Positions 12,935-23,329 of a stretch of 64,000 nucleotides of DNA are shown here, piece after piece (positions within the stretch are counted from its first letter, which is position 1; each line of letters starts with the position of its first letter). The DNA lies in assembly GCA_032718475.1 (NCBI GenBank), contig JAUCBJ010001075.1, positions 829 to 64,828 of the forward strand, in the 5' to 3' direction. The DNA is from Nemertoderma westbladi (lineage: Eukaryota; Animalia; Xenacoelomorpha). The notes under the pieces are model-generated. The model had not been told where the DNA came from. It saw only the letters and a list, made by a program, of their open reading frames with translations, and did not search any database. The translations under genes were made by a program, and so were the position numbers.

Positions 12935-15900
12935 ATGCTAACCCCATATGGTTGGTGTATGACGGGACCCGTAAAAGACATCGATGAGCAGCCCGACAGA
13001 CATAGCGCAGGGCTGGCCAGACCGGTCTTCACCGTGGCCGGGAAGGGGGACCCCACCGAGTCTTCGGAACTCACATTGGAGGAGGTTCGAGAACGGGAGG
13101 AAGAAACCAGACGCGACCTAGAAAGGCTCTATGATATAGACACCGAGGGCTTATATAACCCAGCCGTGGGCGCCTCACAGGCGGACAGGATATCGACCGA
13201 TGTATTGAACAGGGAGATGATCTTGAGCGGCGGGCATTATTCAGCTCCGATGCTTTGGAAAGATCGAGCAGAACCCTTGGTTAACAATAGAACTATGGCG
13301 GAGATGAGACTTAACCGACTCAAACGGTCATTGACTAAACACCCTGACAAACACGAATTTGTTGAGAAACAGATTCAGAAGTATATAGACAAAGGGTGGG
13401 CCCGTAAACTGATGGCGGGGGCACCCGAGTCTCCTCGAACTTACTATCTGCCCCTACACGTTACCAAAGGGGCATCCAAGCTGCGATTGGTCAATGACGC
13501 AGCGGCGAAATACTTGGGTAAATCGCTTAATGACTACTTATTAGAGGGACCCAATGTTTTCAATAGCGGGGTTGACATCCTGCTAAGGTTCCGCATGGGC
13601 CTCTACGCCTTCACCTGTGACGTAGAGGCCATGTTTCACCAGGTCTTCGTTTATGAAGACGACGCGGACAGCCAGCGTTTCCTGTGGTATAGTGGGGATC
13701 AGCTGGGCACAGCGCCGGAGGTGTACCAGATGCTGGTACACATCTTTGGGGCTAAGTGTTCTCCGTGTGTGGCCACCACTGCACTACGACGCACTACAAC
13801 GAGTGAGTCGGTGGCTCCGCCAGTGAGAGACTTTATAACAAACGATTTTTATGTTGACGATGGGATGAAGTCGGGTAACTCCGAAGCCGACCTCATCCAG
13901 CTGGCCATCACGGCCCGCGACTGCCTTTCCACGGGCGGTTTCAACCTCACCAAGTTCCGCTCCAACTCGCCCAAGTTCATGTATGCGATGAACAAGGAAG
14001 AGGGAAAGGTATCAGACCCGAGCGCCGACGATGACAATGGCGACCTCCTGGGGGGAGATATGGGGCAGCCGGCCTCATACATTCCACCAGACAGTGCCAA
14101 CCCGGAGACCACCCCGGCACTGGTAACATCAGACCCGAGTAAGCCAGACTCTCGGGTACTGGGCATCTCCTGGGAGAAAGCCTCAGACGTTCTAGAATAC
14201 AAGTTTAAGGCTCCTCTTCAGGTGGTACATACGAGGAGGGCCTACTTGTCTTTCATTTCACGGATATATGACCCACTGGGCCTTGTGGCACCAAACATAC
14301 TTGTAGGAAAACAGATTCTGAGGGAGGTGACTTTAGACAATGGAGCGTGGGATGCTCCGGTGTCTGCCAGGATGGCCGACAGGTGGAACGCCTGGTTAAT
14401 GAGCCTGGAACAAATATCCCGTCTCATTATCCCACGGCCTTACTTTCCAAACGGGGACATGGCAGCTGTAGAGCTACATATGTTCGCGGACGCATCCAGC
14501 GTGGGGTACGGGGCAGCTGCCTACTTACATCAGCAGTCAGCCAAATACCGCCCACGCCTGGTCTATAGCAAAGCAAGAGTGGCACCCAAAGCACAGGTCA
14601 CCATACCGCGCCTAGAACTAATGGCGTCGGTACTGGCCGTGCAGATGGCCCAGGTCATTATAAGGGCCCTGGGGTGCATCGTACTAGTGAGATATTGGAT
14701 TGATGCCACCACGGTGGTGTTATACATCAGCCACCCGAGTAGGCGATTTAAAGTATTCGTCGCCAACCGGGTTGACTATATCCGCACCCTAACAGAGGTT
14801 AGTGATTGGGGTTACTGCCCCACTGACCAGAACCCAGCTGACCTTGTATCGAGGGGGAGCCTAGAGGTCCCCTTCGAACAGAAAGAGGACCTGTGGCAGC
14901 ACGGGCCGGCTTTCCTACCCAACAGGAAGGACTGGCCTTTGTTCCCAGAGGCCAATGCATCGGAGCTTCTGAAAGCAGATCCGGAGGTCCGGGTGTGCTC
15001 CATGGTGACCACACCGGCGGTCAGAGACCCTCGGATTGATAAGATCATAGACAAGTCCTCAACGTGGAGGAGGACGATCAACAGGGTGGCTTGGTTCATA
15101 GCCTTAGCTAAGTACCGAATAACCAAGACCATACCCGTCAGGTTGCCTCTACAGGAGGCAGAGAGGATGGTAGTGACCTACGTACAGGCCCGAGCTTACC
15201 CTGAGGAGTGGAGGAGGCTCAGGGAGGGTAAGCCTGTACAGAAGAGCAGTCCGCTACGAAAGTTAGCACCCCAGTTGGAGGATGGTATCATGGTAGCATC
15301 CGTGGCCCGGTTGGCGAACGCCAAGGATTTCATAGTGGCAAGCCAGCCCATGATATTACCTGCGGGCTCCACAGCCCTGAACCAAGTGGTGTGGCAGACA
15401 CACTGTGACATCGCGCATGGGGGTAAGGATGCGACGATTGTGGCGGTGCGTAAACGCTTCACCGCTACTGGACTCAGGCAAACCGTGAGGAAGATCCTCA
15501 GCGGTTGCATTAAATGTAAGAAGATATGGCATAGACGGCTAGAACAGCTGATGGCGCCGCTACCGAAAGATAGGGTAACGGCGGGACTCGTACCGTTCCA
15601 CCACACAGGGGTGGATATGTTCGGCCCCATCGATTTATACGTTCGATGGACTCGACGAGTACTCAAGACCATGCGAAAGGGGTATGGAATAATATTCGTC
15701 TGCTACGCCACGCGGGCTATAGCACTCGAACTAGTACCAGATGCTTCAGCAGCGGCGTTTCTCAACGCATTGCGGCGCTTTATCGCGCGCCGAGGTGAAC
15801 CGAAGAAGATCTCCTCGGACAACGGAACCAACTTCGTCGGTGCTGAACATGAACTAGAAGGAGCACAACAGGCCTTTGTCAAGGGGACGGTAGAGAAGAC

Positions 15901-16504
15901 CCAAGAACTGGGAATCGAGTGGTCGTTTCACACACCCTATGCCCCTCATATGTCCGGTGTTTGGGAGGCTATGGTGGGCGTGGTGAAACGCCACATTCAG
16001 GCCGTTACACACGGACACGTAGTGACAGAAGATGCGATGAGAACCATCTTCGCCGAGGTCGAAACCATTGTTAACGGACGACCCCTGGTGGCTACCACCG
16101 ATGACCCGAAGTCACTGGAGGCCCTCACGCCAAACCACTTGTTGGGTGTAGGCCCAGTAACTGTCCGAGACCCGTTGGGAGAGATCGGCGAGGGAGACTT
16201 ACGTAACCCATATATCGTCGCTCAGCGGTGTAAGAACGAGTATTGGAATCGTTGGGTACGAGAGTACCTACCCACGTTAAGACAGAGGAGAAAGTGGAAC
16301 AAAGAGTACCGCGATCTACAGTTGGGAGACCTTGTCATCGTGACCGATGACACATTACAGAAGGGAGACTGGGACATGGCTCGTGTGGTTAGGACCCACG
16401 ACAGCGAGGATGGTCACGTTCGCACCGTGAGTCTACGGAAGGCTTCAGGGAAGGTTTACCGTCGACCAGTCAACAAGTGTTGCCTCCTTGAGGCAGCACG
16501 CTAA
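12935..16504 (+). CDS. pol: BEL/Pao pol (RT, RNase H, integrase)
   Basis: RT DVEAMFHQV and FYVDDG; RNase H LHMFADASSVGYGAAAY, SKARVAP, TIPRLELMA; integrase HCDIAHGG..CIKC, PFHHTGVDMFGP, SDNGTNFVG, GVWEAMV, WNRWVREYL. This segment is uninterrupted over 1189 aa. Confidence 0.97.
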   Translation: MLTPYGWCMTGPVKDIDEQPDRHSAGLARPVFTVAGKGDPTESSELTLEEVREREEETRRDLERLYDIDTEGLYNPAVGASQADRISTDVLNREMILSGGHYSAPMLWKDRAEPLVNNRTMAEMRLNRLKRSLTKHPDKHEFVEKQIQKYIDKGWARKLMAGAPESPRTYYLPLHVTKGASKLRLVNDAAAKYLGKSLNDYLLEGPNVFNSGVDILLRFRMGLYAFTCDVEAMFHQVFVYEDDADSQRFLWYSGDQLGTAPEVYQMLVHIFGAKCSPCVATTALRRTTTSESVAPPVRDFITNDFYVDDGMKSGNSEADLIQLAITARDCLSTGGFNLTKFRSNSPKFMYAMNKEEGKVSDPSADDDNGDLLGGDMGQPASYIPPDSANPETTPALVTSDPSKPDSRVLGISWEKASDVLEYKFKAPLQVVHTRRAYLSFISRIYDPLGLVAPNILVGKQILREVTLDNGAWDAPVSARMADRWNAWLMSLEQISRLIIPRPYFPNGDMAAVELHMFADASSVGYGAAAYLHQQSAKYRPRLVYSKARVAPKAQVTIPRLELMASVLAVQMAQVIIRALGCIVLVRYWIDATTVVLYISHPSRRFKVFVANRVDYIRTLTEVSDWGYCPTDQNPADLVSRGSLEVPFEQKEDLWQHGPAFLPNRKDWPLFPEANASELLKADPEVRVCSMVTTPAVRDPRIDKIIDKSSTWRRTINRVAWFIALAKYRITKTIPVRLPLQEAERMVVTYVQARAYPEEWRRLREGKPVQKSSPLRKLAPQLEDGIMVASVARLANAKDFIVASQPMILPAGSTALNQVVWQTHCDIAHGGKDATIVAVRKRFTATGLRQTVRKILSGCIKCKKIWHRRLEQLMAPLPKDRVTAGLVPFHHTGVDMFGPIDLYVRWTRRVLKTMRKGYGIIFVCYATRAIALELVPDASAAAFLNALRRFIARRGEPKKISSDNGTNFVGAEHELEGAQQAFVKGTVEKTQELGIEWSFHTPYAPHMSGVWEAMVGVVKRHIQAVTHGHVVTEDAMRTIFAEVETIVNGRPLVATTDDPKSLEALTPNHLLGVGPVTVRDPLGEIGEGDLRNPYIVAQRCKNEYWNRWVREYLPTLRQRRKWNKEYRDLQLGDLVIVTDDTLQKGDWDMARVVRTHDSEDGHVRTVSLRKASGKVYRRPVNKCCLLEAAR

Positions 16505-17084
16505 CCTTAATAACGTGACTTTAGTTGCGACAGCCCGACTATAAATACGTGGCGTCAGGCGATTCGCAGTAATACCAGTGAAGTAATAAACTGATAATAC
16601 CTTATTTGCCTTTAGTGTCTTTATAATATTATTTTATACCAAATTGGCCTAGTTGGCTTACTTACAATTGTAAGATTTATATGTAAATGATTTATTGATT
16701 ACCGTGCAATCACACTAATTTGTAATTTCAATAATAATAATAATAAATAGCACACAGTACCATCCATAATTACGTAATATCCTAAAATACTAAATGTAAC
16801 TCAGACAGTTTGTAATGTAGGGGGAATTCGTGGTACAATACACTTATTACAAAGGTTCAACTCTCAACCTTTTACTAGCTAACTGTAATAACAATTAATT
16901 TACAATTGAGACCTTGTTCTTATATAAGACAATATATCCATTAATTATACAATACTAGTATATGTGGAAGATACTGCCGTGACCAAGGCTACCGAGAGTA
17001 TACGGCTGGCAACCTCAAAATCGAGCAACCCAGCAAACTCTAAATTCCGTTGCCTCTTCAGCCATTTAGTGCGCGGGTAGCGTC

Positions 17085-20004
17085 ATGTCGGACGACAGCA
17101 GCACGTACACCTTCTGGGCCGGAACGAGATCTTTCCGGCGCCTATCCACGGACCAACAGGGATATAAGCTGCAGACGTCGCTTATGCACAGATTCGACAG
17201 ACTGAGGACGACAACATACGGGACGAGGCCACTCCTGAAGGCATGTCGTGACAACCTACACTACATCAAGGTGGGCAACGAGCGATCGCTAGGAGTTCCT
17301 GTAGAACCCGGAGATGAGCCAAGGGGATACTGGAAGCGCTTCGTGGAGGACGTTAGAGAACTGGAGATACCTGGGAGTTGACACAGAGGGACAAGCCCAG
17401 GCGCCCCCCACTGCCATCCCTGACCGGGATGCGGATGGGAACCTGACGCTGATTGGGCCGAAGCATCGAAAGCGGAGGCGGAGGATCAATCAGGAGGAGG
17501 CAAAGGCGAAACAAGGAATAGTTTCGAAGCCTTACGTGGCTCCGGCACTGGAGACTTTAGACACCGTACTACACCTCATATCGCCCAGAGGTTTAGTTAT
17601 CGCCATCGCGTACCCCTTAAAGGACGGCGAGAGGATCTGGAATAAGATTCCAAAGGCGATGACAGACATGCTATTGGACAAGAAGAACTACAAGGTAGGG
17701 TCGGCGATTCAAACCAACCTGACGGCTATAGGGGCGCCGGCGGACATCGAACCGATAGCGGATACCGCACTTCAGTTCAGGGCGATGGCATCGCCAAACA
17801 CCGACGCATTGTATGCGCCGCCGAACGACGCCTTTGGGCTGGGTTCCTTTGCCCGAGAGACCGGGCTGGTCAACTTCAAACCCATGTCCAGAGAGAAGTA
17901 CGACCGACAGGCGGGGGCCATACGATTGACAACGGAACAGTTCAAGGCGAGGCCCAGATGGCCCCCACGACTGTATACCTTCCCATCGAGGAACCGACGA
18001 CTAGACGCGGTTCAAGAACAATACATCCTACAGGAGGATTACGCAGCGGCGTCAATCCCCCTCCTATTGACAGCCCACATGGTGGGTCTGGTTCCCCGAG
18101 CCTTCCGCGAGAATGGAGGCAGGACCCTCTCGGACCGAGAGGCTATCCGTAGGGTATTGTGGCCCCTTTTGGACTTCGCAATGGATCAGAACCGGACCGA
18201 GGTTATCTATAACGCCAACTATCTGATAGATAAAGAAAACACACCGTCTCCCCGACAAATCGACAGAATTCGCCACCTAGGGGAGAGCAAGGTACCACGG
18301 GAGGAGGCAAATCGACAGCAGGGAAAGGGACCCGACAGTACCTACGAGGGAGGTTACTCCTTACAACCAGCTCCGGCCGTCGAGACCCATAGTGAAGACG
18401 AAGACAGCGGCCAAATCCCGGCAGCCAAGATGGCGGCTTACGATGACCGGGATTACCATGATGACGGGAGACCCGTCGATGAATTCAACGACCCAGATAG
18501 CGACATGGACTCATATTATTCGGAAGACACCCAAACCCGGGGGTTCGCGCGTCGAGCAGTCACAGGAGGCGTTCGCCACGAAACCCGAAACCAGCCTCCG
18601 CTTCCGGTGTACAACGGCCGGGGGGGTGACTACCGAGACGATCCAAAGAGAGTCTGCCGGAGAGAACAGGATGACCAGACACTGCCATCTACCAGCTCCA
18701 AAGTCTGGGATGGACATGAGGGCGGGGACCAACCCCAGCCACAATGCGAGGAGAAGTGGGGGTTCCAAGAGGAACGAGGACACCAACCGACCTCGGATGC
18801 CACCCACTTCCGATACGGAGCGGCTACCGGGAGCCGTGGCAACCGCGGGTCTTTGGGGAAGAGCCGTGGAAGGATCTCCCGCGGGGCGGCTTCGGTGGCG
18901 GGTCATATGCGGGACCAGAGGAGACCGTTTGACCAATCGGTGAAGAGGATGGTCGTAGACGGGAGAACACGAGACTGGGTTGTGTACTCCGGAGAGGCGA
19001 TGTACCGAAGGAACTCACCCGTCCATAGTACTCGGGGGTTCCTCGCCCAGGGTCGCGAGGGGCGTCGCCCGACGGAGGGACCGTCGAGGACGCTGGGGCG
19101 ACGGCCGGGGGAACTACGTCGCCCATACGCAGGACGAACGAATGCCAACGTGGAAGATAGCACCGGGCAGGAGGAACACGATAACTTCGGGGGGGACATG
19201 CCGCCCCTGGAACCAATAAGGAGACCGGTACAAAGGGAAACGCAGTCTTCAGTCAGGAGACAGGTGGATCGCTGGGAAGAACCCACCATTCAAGAACAAC
19301 TGCTGCAGACGGAGACCTTGCGTAAGATGGACGAACTTGCGAAGGATCAGGGCGCAGCGAACGTGGTGAGGGAGAGGAAACACGTTTACTACGTGAAACG
19401 TAGACCGATACAGGACAATGCTGGGTACGACTTTCAACTGCCGGCCTGTTATACCTGTGGAGCCCTGAGTCATATCCAGGACAGGTGTACGTTCGGCCCC
19501 CCAGACAAACTTCTTGGGGATCCGTGCTCGTACGGTGGCGAATGAGGTCACTTCCTGGCGGCCTGCCAGGCACTGCACCGACTGTGCGGACGGTGCGGCT
19601 TCCGGGGACACCGGAACAGCGACTGTGACCAGAGGGAGCCGAGGGGGCACTTAGAGCGATTCGAGTGCAATGCCAACATGGGAGTGGAGACCAGGCGTCG
19701 CCTCCTCAGGCGGGGGATTGCCATGGGTTTCTTCCACATGAAGCCAGATTTCGTGCTCGCGATATCGAGGCGCGAGGAGACCGTGCAATACACCCATATT
19801 CTGCACGTCGCCATGACAATAGGCGTACAGAGGATACGGGACAGGCTAGACGAGTGGCGGCCGGGACACCCGGGACACCTCGAAGGGTTCCTGGACCACT
19901 ACACCGGGACCTACTACCTCGAACACGTGGTAAAATACCACAGGGAGGTGGAGGACCAGAAAGAGGAGGACATCAATAGCCGTAAAAGACGGCGAATCAA
20001 GTAG
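17085..20004 (+). CDS. Extra ORF3 inside the BEL element; unknown protein with three C-terminal zinc-knuckle motifs (one frameshift ~17365, one internal TGA at 19543)
   Basis: ORFs 17085-17381, 17314-19545 and 19678-20004; the last two are in the same frame, separated only by the TGA at 19543-19545. GC-rich and coding-like. Motifs CYTCGALSHIQDRC, CSYGGE*GHFLAAC, CGRCGFRGHRNSDC. Confidence 0.75.
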
Positions 20005-20026
20005 GACTGCACGTTACGAGAGCACA

Positions 20027-20229
20027 GACTGCACCTTACGGGAGATTTAACTGTATTTTACGAGAGTTATTTGACTGCACCTTACGGGAGATTTAACTGT
20101 ATTTTACGAGAGTTATTTGACTGCACCTTACGGGAGATTTAACTGTATTTTACGAGAGTTATTTGACTGCACCTTACGGGAGATTTAACTGTATTTTACG
20201 AGAGTTATTTGACTGCACCTTACGAGAGT
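20027..20229 (+). repeat. 46-bp tandem repeat (~4.4 copies) in the BEL 3' region
   Basis: Unit GACTGCACCTTACGGGAGATTTAACTGTATTTTACGAGAGTTATTT at 20027, 20073, 20119, 20165. Confidence 0.95.
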
Positions 20230-21548
20230 ACCGAGACTATACGTCATGCTGTACATATTTACAAGCCACACCTTGCAATGCCTGATGTAATACTTCCATT
20301 TTTGTTCCATTTGATCCATGTAGGTACGCACCACCGAGTGATTAAAATGTTTATGGAGTAAACCGTCTATAATTATTCACCACTGGCTGTATCGGGGAGC
20401 TCACGGGGGGGGGGGGGGGGGGGGGGGGGGGGTGTGCGAGTGTGTATGCGTTATCATGGGTGGATAGTTCAACACAGTTTACAGAGTGGTGTGATTTGGT
20501 TAACTTAGTATTTAGAGTGTATGTGTGTACGTACGTGTGTATGAAAGTTACGTATAACAGTCACACAGCAGTGGGTGAAGCAGAAGATGCCACCCACGAG
20601 TGGGGTTCGTCGCTGTGGACGCTCCCACTCACAACTTACGGTACCGAACAAGTAGGTACCACCAATGGGGACCACCTACCTTATCACAGGTACGTGCGCA
20701 CATTGGGGGTGGCCCGATACGGACGGCCACAACAATTTGAGGTTGTTTGGAATGCGATAGCACCGTGTGCAGTGATTGAGACAGGAATGAGAATTGTAGG
20801 TTGGAAGTTAACGAATGACACAGAGTAGTTGGTTGGAACGCAGCTGGGCGGATGGGTAGCACCCTGGGTTGGCCAGGATGCAGGGGGTCGAGCCCACACT
20901 TGGGGGCCCGCCGTGCCATAGAGCCGGACCTGGAGAAAGTAACCAATAGCGCGTTCGGAGAGATTATAAATATTTAAATGGGTGCCCAAAGGATCGTAAA
21001 AAACGTCAGAGAGCGTAGCGATGTGGTGTCCATGGGTGTGCCCCATCACCAATAAGTGGTGCAAGGGTCACCCAAAGTACATACGAGTGAATGAGTGTGT
21101 GTGCGTGGCACAACGAGCACAATGTGTTTTTTAATTAATTTATTTACATTATTTCGTATCACGAATCCTTTATGGTGTGATACCATCGCCTATATCCGAG
21201 AGTGGATGGCACTGAACAGCGCGTTACGGGGCTTAAACCGTTTCACGATATCAACACCCAGATGGGTGTTGATGTCAATCGTCTGTGGGGTCAGCGGAAA
21301 CTCGTCTAGTGTGCTGACTCACGGCGAATTGGTAGAGGGACTATCAACTCCCGTTTTTAAAACCATACTCCGGGTCAACAGTACCCACCATTATTTTTAT
21401 TCATTTTCTACCACAATTTTTTTTTACCGACAACCGACGGATTGTTTAGGAGTCGCCTACCTTTCCTGACGTTCACACTTCACAGGGTGTCTACTGGCTC
21501 GTGCCTTTAGATATGGGAGTGTAAATCATTTACACTCCCAAGGGGGAG

Positions 21549-22192
21549 TGTGTCCGACAACCGGAACCTTACCCTTCCCGAACCCACACAGATATTATAC
21601 TAGTACCACGGGTTTCCCACCCAAGCCTACTGTTTGTACTGTAAGGGTAATTACTGTAGCGTTTGTACTGTAGGTGTAGGTAGGATCACGGAACTGACTA
21701 GTTACTAGTTTTAGTTTTAGGTAGTAGGATTATGTACTTAATTAGGGTTTTTGCTACGTATGGGTGCCAGGCTGGGGTCTTAAACCCCCATTCTGGCTCA
21801 TTACTAGGGAATATTCATCCGCGCTACCGGGGTACATTATACACAGATTAGCAATATTGGTTCAGTTGGTTTGGTGACAGAGTGGAAGGTGATATTGTTG
21901 TTTTATGGCACATAGTTCTTTAGTAGTACAGATTCTTTAGTTTTACGTATTTGCTTATATTATTGTCTGATTCTTACACATATTATTCATACCTGATTTA
22001 TTGTTTGTTATCCGAGATATTCTGTTTATATTCTGTATTACTATGGTGCTGTGCAGGGATCAGCCTGCACAGACACTACACTGGAGCGTTTAGTTATCAG
22101 TTTCCTTTCCACCGGACGGGCGGGTTACCTGATTTGGGCGGTCCAGTGGGGAACTCATCATTACATGATATTTACACCACTACACCAACCCA
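21549..22192 (+). repeat. BEL/Pao 3' LTR (~644 bp)
   Basis: Near-identical to the 5' LTR, preceded by PPT AAGGGGGAG (21540-21548). Confidence 0.92.
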
Positions 22193-23075
22193 GCCAGTGC
22201 CCTTTAAGATGCATCTCAAGAGGCTGAGGCTGCCAAAGCACAAGATTAAGCACTGGCTGGTCCTCACGGCGAAAGCAATGTCCTGCAAAGCGGGGGCGAC
22301 TTTGTTCTAGTGTCAAGCTTGGAGGAACCAATGAGACACCTCCAATCTTATATAGTGTCTGGTTGGAGATGTGTGCATTATACATGACACAATGAACCCG
22401 GCGTAGCATTCTTGTGAATGTGCCATCCAGAGATTTGGTGTCCTCAGCAGTTAGAGCCCAGCATGGACTCCCATAGAGGAGTACTGGAACTACTGCTGCT
22501 CTAAATAATAGGACCTCAAGTTTCCGATTAATTCTCTCTGACTTCCAAATCCTGGAAAGCCTATTCAAGACTGCCCAGTGCCCATGTCTTTTCCTTACAT
22601 ATTCGAAGGTCCTCACCTAACTTCCGGATCCATGATCCCAGGTAACAGAAGACGTCCACATGCTCAATCATACCATCCGTTCAGCTTATGCTCATCCGGT
22701 CAGAGACTTGCTGAGGAATTTCAAAGTTAACCGTCAAAATTTTGGTCTTTTTGGAGTTAATAAAAAGACCAACACTAGAAGCAGCCCGTTCTAATGAGCT
22801 GAGGAGCAGTTGGGCTCCCTCTAGTGATTCTGAGAGTATTCCTAAGTCATCGGCAAAGTCTAGATCAGTTAGGTACTTGGTAGGATTTCCTCGACTTCTG
22901 GAGCCAGTAGGTGGAGTTACCATCACCCCATCATCATTATGATGATCTAAGGACATGCGTAGAACATAGTCAACCACATTTATGAAAAATAATGGTGCAA
23001 GTGTGTCTCCTTGGAGGACTCCTCATAATACTTCAAATGGTTCTGTGTCACCATCAACAGTAGACACAAATGTTC
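22193..23075 (-). mobile_element. RTE-clade LINE fragment (family A), degenerate
   Basis: GVLQGDTLAP, LTDLDFADDLG, LFRAAVVPVLLYGSPCW, RFAGHCFR; highly similar to the copies at 28.1 kb and 59.0 kb. Confidence 0.9.
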
Positions 23076-23329
23076 TACACTCTATGGAGTGATGTTTGAC
23101 CCCTTTAATTACACCATCAGGCGTATACTAAATAGGCACTTCGAAGTGTTCTCTACAGAAACTGCACTATACACTAAGATTCTCATGCTAAATCAGGTAC
23201 TGCACTACGAAGTGCTCACTGCAAGGCAATCACTTCGAAGTGCGTAGTGCACACTTCGTAGTGCTGTACTGATCACTACGATTTTGTTTCTAAATAATCT
23301 TGAAATAGAAGTGAACACTACAGTTTTGC

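Larger units (their letters stand above)
7250..22192 (+). mobile_element. BEL/Pao LTR retrotransposon, ~14.9 kb, with an additional ORF after pol
   Basis: Direct repeats 7250-8232 and 21549-22192 (TG...CA), polypurine tract AAGGGGGAG just before the 3' LTR, BEL-type gag-pro-RT-RNaseH-IN order. Confidence 0.95.

Noticed and set aside
19543-19545. Programmed stop read-through or selenocysteine at the ORF3 TGA
   Set aside because: No recognised read-through context or SECIS seen; a CpG-type CGA>TGA mutation is simpler, and an adjacent Cys codon also looks mutated.
8489-19860. Numerous overlapping alternative-frame and antisense ORFs within the BEL element
   Set aside because: Expected shadows of GC-rich coding sequence; no motifs.
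17085-20004. ORF3 as an envelope gene or as the gag of a nested element
   Set aside because: No signal peptide or transmembrane segment; no following protease/RT, no separate LTRs or TSD visible.
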